Made by a program: the position numbers and the translations under genes. From NCBI GenBank assembly GCA_027340875.1, contig DAIENX010000092.1, positions 1 through 22,617 on the forward strand: DNA of 22,617 nucleotides. The letters are read 5' to 3'. This DNA is from Elusimicrobiota bacterium. GTDB lineage: Bacteria > Elusimicrobiota > Elusimicrobia > Elusimicrobiales > UBA9959. Below are positions 9,522 to 17,637 of the stretch, piece after piece (the stretch's first letter is position 1; every line of letters begins with the position of its first letter). The notes under the pieces are model-generated. The model was not told the origin of the DNA and made no database searches. It worked only from the letters and a program-made list of their open reading frames with translations.

Positions 9522-9986
9522 TTATTTCCTTTTGAGGATCTCGTCGTCGGTCGGGTGCAGCCTGGCCTCGTCGATGTCCTCCAGCTTGAATTTAAGGTCC
9601 CCGGTCAGTATTACCTGTCCGTTTTCAAAGCCGGCGATGTCGCCGTAGAACACGCGCGAGCCGTTAAGCGGGAGCTTAAGGCGGACCTTCGCGTGCTTGC
9701 CGGTGAAGCGCTTGAAATCCTTTTCCTTCTTAAGGACGCGGTCCATGCCGGGGGAGGAGACCTCCAGGAAGTACCCGTTCTCGTAGAAGTTGTTCATGTC
9801 CAGGCAGGCGCCGACTTTCTCGCTCAGGGCCCCGCAGTCGTCCAGCGTGACGCCGCCCCGCTCTCGGTCCACGAAGACCTGCAGCAGCGGCTTGCCGTTA
9901 TGGCTGCCGTACTTGATGTCCACAAGCTCGAACCCGCTCAGGTCCAGCGTATTCGCCACTTCGGTCTCGATCTTGGTCTTGTCCAT
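9522..9986 (-). CDS. rimP: Ribosome maturation factor RimP
   Basis: GVTLDDC, YFLEVSSPGMDRVL, FKRFTG. Start refined to ATG at 9986 (MDKTKIE), since the upstream extension runs through the leader hairpin. Confidence 0.95.
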   Translation of the reverse strand: MDKTKIETEVANTLDLSGFELVDIKYGSHNGKPLLQVFVDRERGGVTLDDCGALSEKVGACLDMNNFYENGYFLEVSSPGMDRVLKKEKDFKRFTGKHAKVRLKLPLNGSRVFYGDIAGFENGQVILTGDLKFKLEDIDEARLHPTDDEILKRK

Positions 9987-10005
9987 GATAGCCTGCCTAT
10001 TTAGT

Positions 10006-10037
10006 AAAAAAAGCGGCCTGAACAACAGCCACCTTCC
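10006..10037 (-). terminator. rimP-leader intrinsic-terminator-like attenuator hairpin
   Basis: The transcript reads GGAAG-GUGGCU-GUUGUUC-AGGCCGC-UUUUUUU: a GC stem followed by U7, located between the promoter and the rimP start. Confidence 0.65.
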
Positions 10038-10044
10038 ATATATA

Positions 10045-10073
10045 ATAATAGCAAATCCCCCGATGCATTACAA
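10045..10073 (-). promoter_or_regulatory. Sigma70-type promoter of the rimP-nusA-infB operon, TTGTAA-N17-TATTAT with extended -10 TG
   Basis: Minus strand: -35 TTGTAA (10073-10068), 17 bp spacer ending TGC, -10 TATTAT (10050-10045). Confidence 0.7.
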
Positions 10074-10123
10074 CCCGAAATCCCCGGCGCCCCGGCTTGA
10101 TCTCCTCGCAATGGGCTACCAGG

Positions 10124-10408
10124 TCATTTGTGGGAGGTGACGGCGTCAGCGGGAGCGGTAGAGGTCTGGAGCTGGTCAAGCTTTCTGAGTATTTCCGGAT
10201 CGCCTTTGAGGTCTACGGTCCGGGCTTCATCCAAAATAGGCTCGATGCGGGGCAGGACCTTCGCGCCGGGAGGAAGCGGCGTCGTACCGTCGGATACCGG
10301 CACCTTCGGGGACAGCAGCACGGGCGCGGAGGGTCTTGGAAAGAGGAAATAAACCGCCGCGCCGGCCGCGAGAACGGCCAGAGCGGCGTATATCAGCGTC
10401 CTCCGCAT
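10124..10408 (-). CDS. Hypothetical membrane-anchored or exported protein, 94 aa
   Basis: MRR followed by a hydrophobic helix (TLIYAALAVLAAGAAVYFLF) and a Pro-rich tail. ATG is 1 nt after the stop of the DUF1116 gene. Confidence 0.6.
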   Translation of the reverse strand: MRRTLIYAALAVLAAGAAVYFLFPRPSAPVLLSPKVPVSDGTTPLPPGAKVLPRIEPILDEARTVDLKGDPEILRKLDQLQTSTAPADAVTSHK

Positions 10409-10409
10409 T

Positions 10410-11804
10410 CTATTTCAGAGCCTTCGCGAAGTGCTCGAAGGCTCGGGCGAAGGGCTCGGGGGGGGCGCTGAGCACGCCCGCGCCCACCTGGCCCACGCCC
10501 GGCTCCTTGTGCGCGACGCCGGTGTCGATGAACGGCAGGATGCCGGTCTTCGCCACCTTTATAACGTCTATGCCCGTAGGAGTGCCGCGGAAGTCCAGCG
10601 CCGGTATCTTGTAGATACTGCTCTCTGCCGCCGTTATCCCGTACATGGCCATAGTATAGCCGGCCGCGTCCGAGGCGCTGCCGCCCACGAACTGCACTAT
10701 AGCCGGCGCCGCAGCTATAGCGAAGCCGCCGAGGCCGTTGGTCTCGGTGATGGCCGAATCTCCGATATCGGGGTTCGCGTCCGCCTTGGAGTAGCCGGGG
10801 AAGTACAGCGCGTCCGGCACCGGCGCAGGTCCTGTGAACCACTTACCGCCCGTGCCCGACAGCTGCACGCCGAAATCCGTGCCGTTGCGCGCCATCACCA
10901 CCACGACGCTGGAGTCCTTGATGTTCCGGCCGGCGTCCAGCGAGGCCTTGGACAGCGCCATGGACAGGTTCAGGAAGAAATGGTCGTTGCCGTTGACGAA
11001 ATCCAGCACCTTGGCGGCCGTCTCGGGGTCCTTGCAGGTCCTGATGACGGCCGGAGCTATCGCGCGGTAGAACAGCGAGGTGCCGGCGCGGTTGCGGTTA
11101 TGCACCTCGTCGCCCATATGCAGGGCCTGCGCCACCATGGACTTAAGGTCCACCCTCCCGAGGAACTCTATGGCGTCCCTGAGCGCCGGGTAGAGCACCT
11201 TCTCCATCCATTTCAGGCGCTCTATCACCTCCGGGGAGTAGGCGCCGTAGCGCAGCACCTTGCCGAGGCCTTCGTTCTGCGTGGCATAGGCTAAGTTGCC
11301 GTGCTCCTCGTTCTTCACGATGAAGACCGGCATCGACGCGGAAATAATGCCCGCCATAGGCCCTACGGCGCCGTGCTCATGGCAGGGCTCGTACTTGATC
11401 CTGCCGGAGGCCGCCAGCCGCTCCGCCTCCTCAGGCGTTTTCGCGAGGCCCTCGTACATCAGCGCGGCCATGATGCCGCCTCGCATGGGCCCGCACATCC
11501 GGTCCCAGGTCACCGGGGGCCCGGCGTGGAGTATCAGGTCCTTGCGCATCCCGGGGATAACGTCCAGGGCTGTGCCCATGCCTACGAGGGCCGGCTTCGC
11601 GGCCAGTATCCTCTCCATGGCCTTCCGGTTGGCCTTCTCGACGCGAACGGAGGCTTTCGCCGCTTTCGCGAAGAGAGAAGCGTCGGATACCAGCGGCGGC
11701 TTGAACTTGGCATGCACCGCTTTCACTCCGGAATCGCGGAGCCCCTGCATGAAAGATTCCAGGCCGATATTCACCACTTTGAGCTCGGTTTCGAAAAATC
11801 CCAT
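10410..11804 (-). CDS. DUF1116 YahG/YlbE(AllG)-like protein, putative oxamate carbamoyltransferase subunit
   Basis: ILHAGPPVTWDRMCGPMRG, PCHEHGAVGPMAG, GKVLRYGA, QALHMGDEVHNRN, NDHFFLNL, MARNGTDFG, DIGDSAITET, GVGQVGAG. It has a YahG-type N-terminal extension (VVNIGLESF). Start refined to ATG 11804 behind SD GAGGTG; GTG 11813 is an alternative. Confidence 0.88.
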   Translation of the reverse strand: MGFFETELKVVNIGLESFMQGLRDSGVKAVHAKFKPPLVSDASLFAKAAKASVRVEKANRKAMERILAAKPALVGMGTALDVIPGMRKDLILHAGPPVTWDRMCGPMRGGIMAALMYEGLAKTPEEAERLAASGRIKYEPCHEHGAVGPMAGIISASMPVFIVKNEEHGNLAYATQNEGLGKVLRYGAYSPEVIERLKWMEKVLYPALRDAIEFLGRVDLKSMVAQALHMGDEVHNRNRAGTSLFYRAIAPAVIRTCKDPETAAKVLDFVNGNDHFFLNLSMALSKASLDAGRNIKDSSVVVVMARNGTDFGVQLSGTGGKWFTGPAPVPDALYFPGYSKADANPDIGDSAITETNGLGGFAIAAAPAIVQFVGGSASDAAGYTMAMYGITAAESSIYKIPALDFRGTPTGIDVIKVAKTGILPFIDTGVAHKEPGVGQVGAGVLSAPPEPFARAFEHFAKALK

Positions 11805-11809
11805 AGCGT

Positions 11810-13360
11810 TCACCTCTTAGCGGAAAGCCGTATTATCTCTCCGGCCAGGCGGCAGGCCGCCGCGTTGGAAGGCATGACAAGCACGCCCTCGGCCTCCAGG
11901 GCCTTGACCACCCTGGAGCGCACCTGGGGATCGGCCTCGGTCCCGGTGACGGAAGCCACGATGGAAAGCGCGCGATCGGACCTGAAGGCCTCGCGCAGCG
12001 GGGGGAGTATATCATCGAGCGGCTTCAGGTTGGAACCGTAGCCGAGGACCAGGTCCAGGAGCAGCACCGAGACCTCGGGCTTCCTGGCCTCCGCGACTAT
12101 CATCCTGTTGCGCAACGAGAAGTCTATCATCGGATGGGGACGCCCTACGGTGAACTCGTCCTCGCCCAGGTCTATCACGGCGTGGCCGGAAAGCTTCATG
12201 GAGTCCGACAGCTTGAGCTTCCTATCCAGCGGAGCGTTGGACCTAACCTCGCCTATCAGCTCCGGGAGTATCACCTGGGCCTCGCTGACGAAAGTGCCGC
12301 CGGAGAACAGGCCGCGCAGGAACCCGGCTTTCTTCTTGGACGCGGCGGCCTTCTTCGCGAGGGCGGCGGCCTTGAGGTTCATATCGTAGATGACCTCCCT
12401 GGCCTTGCCTATTTCCTGCCCTTTACCCAGCGCCGAGGCCTTAAGCGCGGCTTCCTCCAGCGTCCTGGCCGGATAGAAACCGTCCCTCACCTTCTCCTTT
12501 ATGTCGCCGCCCAGCAGCACGGCCACCACGGGCTTCTTTATACGCTTCACCTCGGCCAGTATCTTCTTAAGTATCGCCGGGTGCGGCGGCTTGGCCACCA
12601 GCAGTATCACTCCCGTGCCGGGATCAGCGGCGAGCATCCTGAGAGCCTGCAGGAAGGTCAGAGCGCCGACCTCCCGCTTCACGTCCCGGCCGCCGGTGCC
12701 GATGCACTGGGAGATGCCGGACCCGTCGTTGGAGATCAGCGTGGTGACCTCCTGCGCGCCGGTGCCGGATGCGGCGACCACGCCGATATTCCCGCGGCGC
12801 ACCGCGTTGGCGAAGGCTATGGGCGAGCCGTTGATGATGGCGGTGCCGCAGTCCGGCCCCATGACCAGCAGTCCTTTCTTCACGGCGGCCTTTTTCAGCG
12901 CCACCTCGGTTGCCACCGGGACGTTATCGGAAAAAAGCATCACGTTCATACCCCGCTCGATACAGTCGGAAGCCAGCGCGCCGGCGAAGCGCCCCGCCAC
13001 GGAGATGACGGCCAGATTGGCGCCGTCGAGCATTCCGGCGGCCTCGTCCAGGCCGGAGGCCTTGCGGTCCGGGCCCGCCGCGGACTCCGCCTTCTTGTTC
13101 AGCAGGTCGTCAGCCGCTTTCAGCGCCGCCTCCGCGGCTTCCGGACCGCGCGCGCTTACGGCTATGGCCAGGTCATTGTCCCCGGCGCTCTGTATCTCCG
13201 GTGTAAGCAGCCCCGAGGCCTTGATGATGCCCTTGTTCTCCGGTGTGGCCATGACCACGGCGGACTCCTCCACCCCAGGCATCGAGCGCAGCACGCTCGC
13301 GGCCTGCATCAGCATCACCGAGTCGTAATACGCGCCTTTCTTGATAACAGTCTTGATCAT
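11810..13360 (-). CDS. fdrA: Acyl-CoA-synthetase-like FdrA/YahF(AllF) protein
   Basis: YYDSVMLM, MATPENK, MLFSDNV, LVMGPDCGTAII, ASGTGAQE, IGTGGRD, GLFSGGT, DLGEDEFTVGRPHPMID, DLVLGYGS, VTGTEADPQ. SD AAGGA. Confidence 0.92.
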   Translation of the reverse strand: MIKTVIKKGAYYDSVMLMQAASVLRSMPGVEESAVVMATPENKGIIKASGLLTPEIQSAGDNDLAIAVSARGPEAAEAALKAADDLLNKKAESAAGPDRKASGLDEAAGMLDGANLAVISVAGRFAGALASDCIERGMNVMLFSDNVPVATEVALKKAAVKKGLLVMGPDCGTAIINGSPIAFANAVRRGNIGVVAASGTGAQEVTTLISNDGSGISQCIGTGGRDVKREVGALTFLQALRMLAADPGTGVILLVAKPPHPAILKKILAEVKRIKKPVVAVLLGGDIKEKVRDGFYPARTLEEAALKASALGKGQEIGKAREVIYDMNLKAAALAKKAAASKKKAGFLRGLFSGGTFVSEAQVILPELIGEVRSNAPLDRKLKLSDSMKLSGHAVIDLGEDEFTVGRPHPMIDFSLRNRMIVAEARKPEVSVLLLDLVLGYGSNLKPLDDILPPLREAFRSDRALSIVASVTGTEADPQVRSRVVKALEAEGVLVMPSNAAACRLAGEIIRLSAKR

Positions 13361-13391
13361 AAATCGTCCTTAGAGCAATCAATCTACAGGA

Positions 13392-13510
13392 GGAAGAGAG
13401 CCGGGATGAAAAACCGTCGCGGAGGGAGGAGCTTGCTTAAGCGCGACGACTGAGTGACGAGGCGCGCGCACGGTGTGCGCGACGCCGTGTTTTTCAGACC
13501 GATCTCTTCC
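13392..13510. repeat. Nested inverted-repeat intergenic element (MITE/REP-like or structured RNA)
   Basis: Paired arms are GGAAGAGA(13392-99)/TCTCTTCC(13503-10), TGAAAAAC(13407-14)/GTTTTTCA(13489-96) and CGTCGCG(13415-21)/CGCGACG(13478-84). There is also an inner hairpin GCGCAC-GGT-GTGCGC. Confidence 0.6.
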
Positions 13511-13514
13511 GATC

Positions 13515-14276
13515 CTACTGCCAGGGAAAGCTTTTTCTCTCTCCGATGAACGGGAAGCGCTCGCGGGTCTTGGCCACCAGTTCCTTGTCCAGCGGCGCGT
13601 CGGCGAGGTAGATGCCTTCCTTAGTGCCGGCATCCACTACCACCTTGCCGAGCGGGTCGAAGCACATCGAATTACCGGAGTACTCGATCTTGCCTTCCAT
13701 GCCCACCCGGTCCACGCCTATGCAGTAGGCCTGGTTCTCCACCGCCCTGGCGCGCAGAAGCGTCATCCAGTGTTCCGCGCGGCGCATCGGCCAGGCCGCT
13801 ATAACCACGTACACGTCGACGTCCTTGGCCTTGTTCCAGAACAGATAGGGGAAGCGCAGGTCGAAGCAGACGGCCGGCATGACCCGCAGGCCGTCCAGCC
13901 TGAAGACCTCCTGCTTCGAACCGGAATTGTAGTGCTTGTCCTCGCCACCGAACGCGTACAGGTGGATCTTGGAATACGTGTTGACCCGGTTGCCCTTGCG
14001 GTCGAGCGTGATCAGGTTGTTGTAGCTCTTCTCCACTCCGCCGTAGGAGATATTGATGCCGTTCTCCGCGGCCAGGCCCGAAAAGAACGCGTGGTCCTCG
14101 TCGGTGAGCTCGGCCACGGCCGTGTTCATCGTGAAGCCGGAGAGGGTCATCTCGGAGAAGACCAGCCAGTCCATCTCGGAGCGCCGCTTGTAATCCGTAA
14201 GCAGGTCCTCGATCCTGGTCTTGTTGGCGTCCTTGTCCTCCCACTTGATGTCGTACTGGCAGAGCGCTACTTTCAT
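13515..14276 (-). CDS. Carbon-nitrogen hydrolase (nitrilase superfamily), omega-amidase YafV/MtnU-like
   Basis: Glu-Lys-Cys triad in FSEM, YSKIHLY and VCFDLRFP. Also AAWP, HWMTLLRARAVENQ and YSGNS. SD AAGGAG. Confidence 0.88.
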   Translation of the reverse strand: MKVALCQYDIKWEDKDANKTRIEDLLTDYKRRSEMDWLVFSEMTLSGFTMNTAVAELTDEDHAFFSGLAAENGINISYGGVEKSYNNLITLDRKGNRVNTYSKIHLYAFGGEDKHYNSGSKQEVFRLDGLRVMPAVCFDLRFPYLFWNKAKDVDVYVVIAAWPMRRAEHWMTLLRARAVENQAYCIGVDRVGMEGKIEYSGNSMCFDPLGKVVVDAGTKEGIYLADAPLDKELVAKTRERFPFIGERKSFPWQ

Positions 14277-14296
14277 GTTGTCTCCTTAAGAACCGT

Positions 14297-16696
14297 TCAC
14301 TTCTTCCCGGGCCGGGATGCCAGCGCCACTTTCTCCTTAGTGACCGGCATGGATCTCACCCGCACGCCCAGCGCGTCGGCTACCGCGTTGGCTATCAGCG
14401 GCGCGCAGGGGATCATCGTGTGCTCGCCGACGCCGCGGGCCCCGAAAGGGCCGTCCGGCTGTGCCACCTCGATGATTATCGGCACCACCTCGTCCGGCAT
14501 GTCCATGGAGGTAGGGATCTTGTAATCCGAGAAGTTAGGGTTGAGGAGCTTGCCCCTGGCGTCATAGCGCATGTCCTCGTAGAGCACCGTGGCGAAGCCC
14601 TGAAGCAGGCCGCCTACCACCTGGCCCCTGACGAGATCGGGATTGATGGCCTTGCCGCAGTCCACGGCGAGCGCAACCTTCTTTATCTTCATCCTGCCCG
14701 TCTCGCGGTCTATCTCCAGTATGATGCCTGCCGCGCCGGTGGTATAGTGGACGTTCGGGTGGCCGCCCTGGCCGGTCTCGGGGTCGCTGATCGCCGAAGC
14801 GAACTCGGGCATGAACACTCCTGAGCCCATGATCGGCCCGCCCTTGAAGGTATGGTCGTCCGCCTGTATGCCGTTTATGACGAAATCCCTGAACGGCAGG
14901 GAGAAGGCCGGCTTGGTGCGGCACTTCACCTTCTCGTCCTCGAGGTACAGGGTGCTCTTGTCCAGGCAGTGCACGCGCTGCACCAGGTCGAAGATGCGCT
15001 CGCGCGCCTCCAGCGCGGCGCGCTTGACCGCGTTGCCGCAGCCCCACGTCACGTGCGAGCCCACGGTCTGCCACTCGTAAGGGTTACGGTCCGTGTCCGG
15101 AGTTTCCACGCGTATCTTGGAGACCGGCACGGAAAGCACCTCGGAGGCTATCTGCGCCATAACGGTCAGCAGGCCCTGGCCTATCTCCATGCCGGAGACC
15201 AGGAGGTTGATGCTGCCGTCCTCGTTGAACTTCAGGAAAGCGCTGGAGCTGGCGTTGGGCGGCATCGCCGGGGACTTCCAGAAGCAGACCAGCGACTTGC
15301 CTATGGCCTTCTTCGGGTCCCTGGACTTCTCCTTCCTTCCCCAGCTTATCTCCTGCTCCACTTTCTCGATAGCCTCGTGGATGCCGGTGGGGTTCATATG
15401 CGCGCCGTAGGGAAGGGTATCGCCCTCCTTGATGGCGTTGCTCTTGCGGAACTGCACCGGGTCCACTCCGAGCTTCTCGGCCATGCGGGTGATGTGGGAC
15501 TCCAGGCCGAAGAGGAACTCGGAGTAGCCGAAACCGCGGTAGGCTCCGCAGGGGGGAAGGTTGGTATAGGTGCACATCGAGTCCACGCTCAGGTTGTCCA
15601 CCTTGTAAGGGCCGCTGGCAGACAGGCCGGCGGCGTTGACGACGTTGGCGCCGTACTCGACGTAGGCGCCCGCGTCCCAGTGCAGCTTGAAGTCGAGGGC
15701 GGTTATCTTGCCGGTCTTCGTGGCGCCCATCTTTATTTTCGCGGTGACGCCGAGGCGCTGGTAGGTGTTGTAGAACTCCTGCGCGCGGCTCCACAGCAGC
15801 TTGACCGGGCGGCCCGGGACCGCTATGGCCAGCGCGGCCGCTATGATCTCCATCGTGACGCCGGCCTTCCCGCCGAAGCCGCCTCCGATGTAGGTGCTGA
15901 TCACTCGCACGTCCTTATGGCCGATGCCGAAGGCCTTCAGCGTCTCGGCGAAGACGTGGCGCTGGGTGAACGGCGACTGGGACGAGGTCCACATCGTCAG
16001 GCGGCCGGAGGCGTCGTACAGGCCGACGGCCGAATGCGGCTCGATAGCGCAGTGGGCGTAGCGCGGGACGTAATAGGTGTCCTCCAGCACGAGATCGGCC
16101 TCTTTGAATCCCTTCTCCAGGTCTCCCTTGCGGATCTTGCGCCAGTGGGCGATGTTTGTGCCCGGCTTCGGGAAGAACCAGGGCACGTGCTGGTAATCCT
16201 TGAGGTCGGGATGGACGAGGGGGGAGTCCTTCTCCAACGCCTTCACTGCGTCCAGCACGGCCGGCAGCTCCTGGTAGTTCACCTTGACCAGGGCGGCGCC
16301 GCGCAGGGCCACTTTAGGGTCCGTGGCCACCACGGCGGCGACCTGCTCTCCGACGAAGCGCACGACGTCGCTGGCGAAAATGTACCTGTCGTTCATGTAC
16401 AGGCCGAACTTGTGGATGAAATTGCGTCCGGTGACCACCTTGACCACGCCGTCGAGCTTCTCGGCCTCGGAGGTGTCTATGGATTTTATCCTGGCATGGG
16501 CGTAAGGGCTCTCCACGAGCGCCGCATAGAGCAGGCCCGGTCCGAATTCCAGATCGTCCGTGTATTTCGCCGCGCCGCGTATCTTCTCCCAGCCGTCGAC
16601 GCGCTGTACCGATTTGCCGACCACCTCGAGCCCGCCCATCTTTTCGGCGCGGACGCCGTTTTTCCCCGGCTTGCTCTTTACTTTCGGAAGATGCAT
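14297..16696 (-). CDS. Xanthine dehydrogenase-family molybdenum hydroxylase, molybdopterin-binding subunit
   Basis: SPYAHARI, VRFVGEQVAAV, HCAIEPH, IGGGFGGK, GAYRGFG, EIGQG, DCGKAINP..GQVVGG, FSDYKIPT, GPFGARGVGE (catalytic Glu). SD GGAGG. Confidence 0.95.
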   Translation of the reverse strand: MHLPKVKSKPGKNGVRAEKMGGLEVVGKSVQRVDGWEKIRGAAKYTDDLEFGPGLLYAALVESPYAHARIKSIDTSEAEKLDGVVKVVTGRNFIHKFGLYMNDRYIFASDVVRFVGEQVAAVVATDPKVALRGAALVKVNYQELPAVLDAVKALEKDSPLVHPDLKDYQHVPWFFPKPGTNIAHWRKIRKGDLEKGFKEADLVLEDTYYVPRYAHCAIEPHSAVGLYDASGRLTMWTSSQSPFTQRHVFAETLKAFGIGHKDVRVISTYIGGGFGGKAGVTMEIIAAALAIAVPGRPVKLLWSRAQEFYNTYQRLGVTAKIKMGATKTGKITALDFKLHWDAGAYVEYGANVVNAAGLSASGPYKVDNLSVDSMCTYTNLPPCGAYRGFGYSEFLFGLESHITRMAEKLGVDPVQFRKSNAIKEGDTLPYGAHMNPTGIHEAIEKVEQEISWGRKEKSRDPKKAIGKSLVCFWKSPAMPPNASSSAFLKFNEDGSINLLVSGMEIGQGLLTVMAQIASEVLSVPVSKIRVETPDTDRNPYEWQTVGSHVTWGCGNAVKRAALEARERIFDLVQRVHCLDKSTLYLEDEKVKCRTKPAFSLPFRDFVINGIQADDHTFKGGPIMGSGVFMPEFASAISDPETGQGGHPNVHYTTGAAGIILEIDRETGRMKIKKVALAVDCGKAINPDLVRGQVVGGLLQGFATVLYEDMRYDARGKLLNPNFSDYKIPTSMDMPDEVVPIIIEVAQPDGPFGARGVGEHTMIPCAPLIANAVADALGVRVRSMPVTKEKVALASRPGKK

Positions 16697-16718
16697 ATCC
16701 CCTCCAGATATCTGCGCG

Positions 16719-17156
16719 CTATTTGGAACGTTTCCGGTACGCGTCCGGAGCCTGCGGCGCGGGTGCGCAGTTGGTCATGGTGAAGTTTACCGGCGAAGGC
16801 ACCCTCTGGTTCCCCTGGCCGTAAAATCCGCCCTGCACGCACTGCCCGGCAGCCACGGGCAGCGCCTCTATCTTCACGGGATCCAGCGTCATCATCCCAG
16901 GCTGGCCGCGCCAAAGCCTGCGGACGCGGTAGCGAAGCGGGGCGTAGCCGGCAAAACCGTCGTTCACCTGGATGCGCGCGCCCGGAGGCTCGGACGCGAC
17001 GTCAACGGTCTCGTCTACGTACGGGGCGCTCTCCTGAGGCTGGGACATAAAAGGAAGGGGCTTCTTCGCGGCCGGGGAGGCGCCGTACCTCCCCGGCTGG
17101 GGCATGGCGCAGGCGGAAAGGCACAGAAGCGAGAAAAGGGACAGGGCCGTTCTCAT
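16719..17156 (-). CDS. PEGA-domain lipoprotein
   Basis: Signal peptide with lipobox LSA-C. VASEPPGARIQVNDGFAGYAP matches the PEGA pattern SxPxGAxVxVDGxxxGxTP. ATG is 1 nt after the Fe-S subunit stop. Confidence 0.75.
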   Translation of the reverse strand: MRTALSLFSLLCLSACAMPQPGRYGASPAAKKPLPFMSQPQESAPYVDETVDVASEPPGARIQVNDGFAGYAPLRYRVRRLWRGQPGMMTLDPVKIEALPVAAGQCVQGGFYGQGNQRVPSPVNFTMTNCAPAPQAPDAYRKRSK

Positions 17157-17157
17157 A

Positions 17158-17625
17158 TCAGCGCCCCTTGGCCGTCTCAGCTATGGCCCTGACTATCGGC
17201 TCGTAGCCGGTGCAGCGGCAGAGATTCCCGGCGATGGCCTCTTTTATGTCGTGCTCCGAGGCGGCCGGGTTCTTTTCCAGCAGCTCGGTGGCTGAAAGGA
17301 TGACGCCGGGCGCGCAGAAGCCGCACTGGAACGCGTTCCTCTCATGGAACTTCTTCTGCAGTTTCTGGGTCCACTTGCGGTTATTGGCGCCTTCCAGCGT
17401 CACTATCTGCGCGCCGTCGGCCTCCACGGCAAGGGCCAGGCAGGAGCGCACGGTACGGCCGTTCATCAGCACCGTGCAGGTGCCGCAGTCGCCGCGGTCG
17501 CAGCCGACCTTAGGGCTCTTTATCCCCAGCCTTCCGCGCAGAACGTCCAGCAGCACGTCGTTGGGGTCCACCGTGACGGCGACCGCCTCGCCGTTGAGTT
17601 CGAACTTTATATCGTGGCTTTTCAT
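17158..17625 (-). CDS. Molybdenum hydroxylase 2x[2Fe-2S] subunit (XdhC/CoxS-like)
   Basis: GCDRGDCGTC...SC and QCGFCAPG...GNLCRCTGY. Confidence 0.95.
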   Translation of the reverse strand: MKSHDIKFELNGEAVAVTVDPNDVLLDVLRGRLGIKSPKVGCDRGDCGTCTVLMNGRTVRSCLALAVEADGAQIVTLEGANNRKWTQKLQKKFHERNAFQCGFCAPGVILSATELLEKNPAASEHDIKEAIAGNLCRCTGYEPIVRAIAETAKGR

Positions 17626-17637
17626 CGGGATCTCCGT

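Noticed and set aside
13504..13514. CTCTTCCGATC matches 11 nt of the Illumina adapter (GCTCTTCCGATCT)
   Set aside because: Both flanking bases mismatch, and the segment has a genomic inverted partner (GGAAGAGA at 13392-99). Most likely coincidence; read mapping would settle it.
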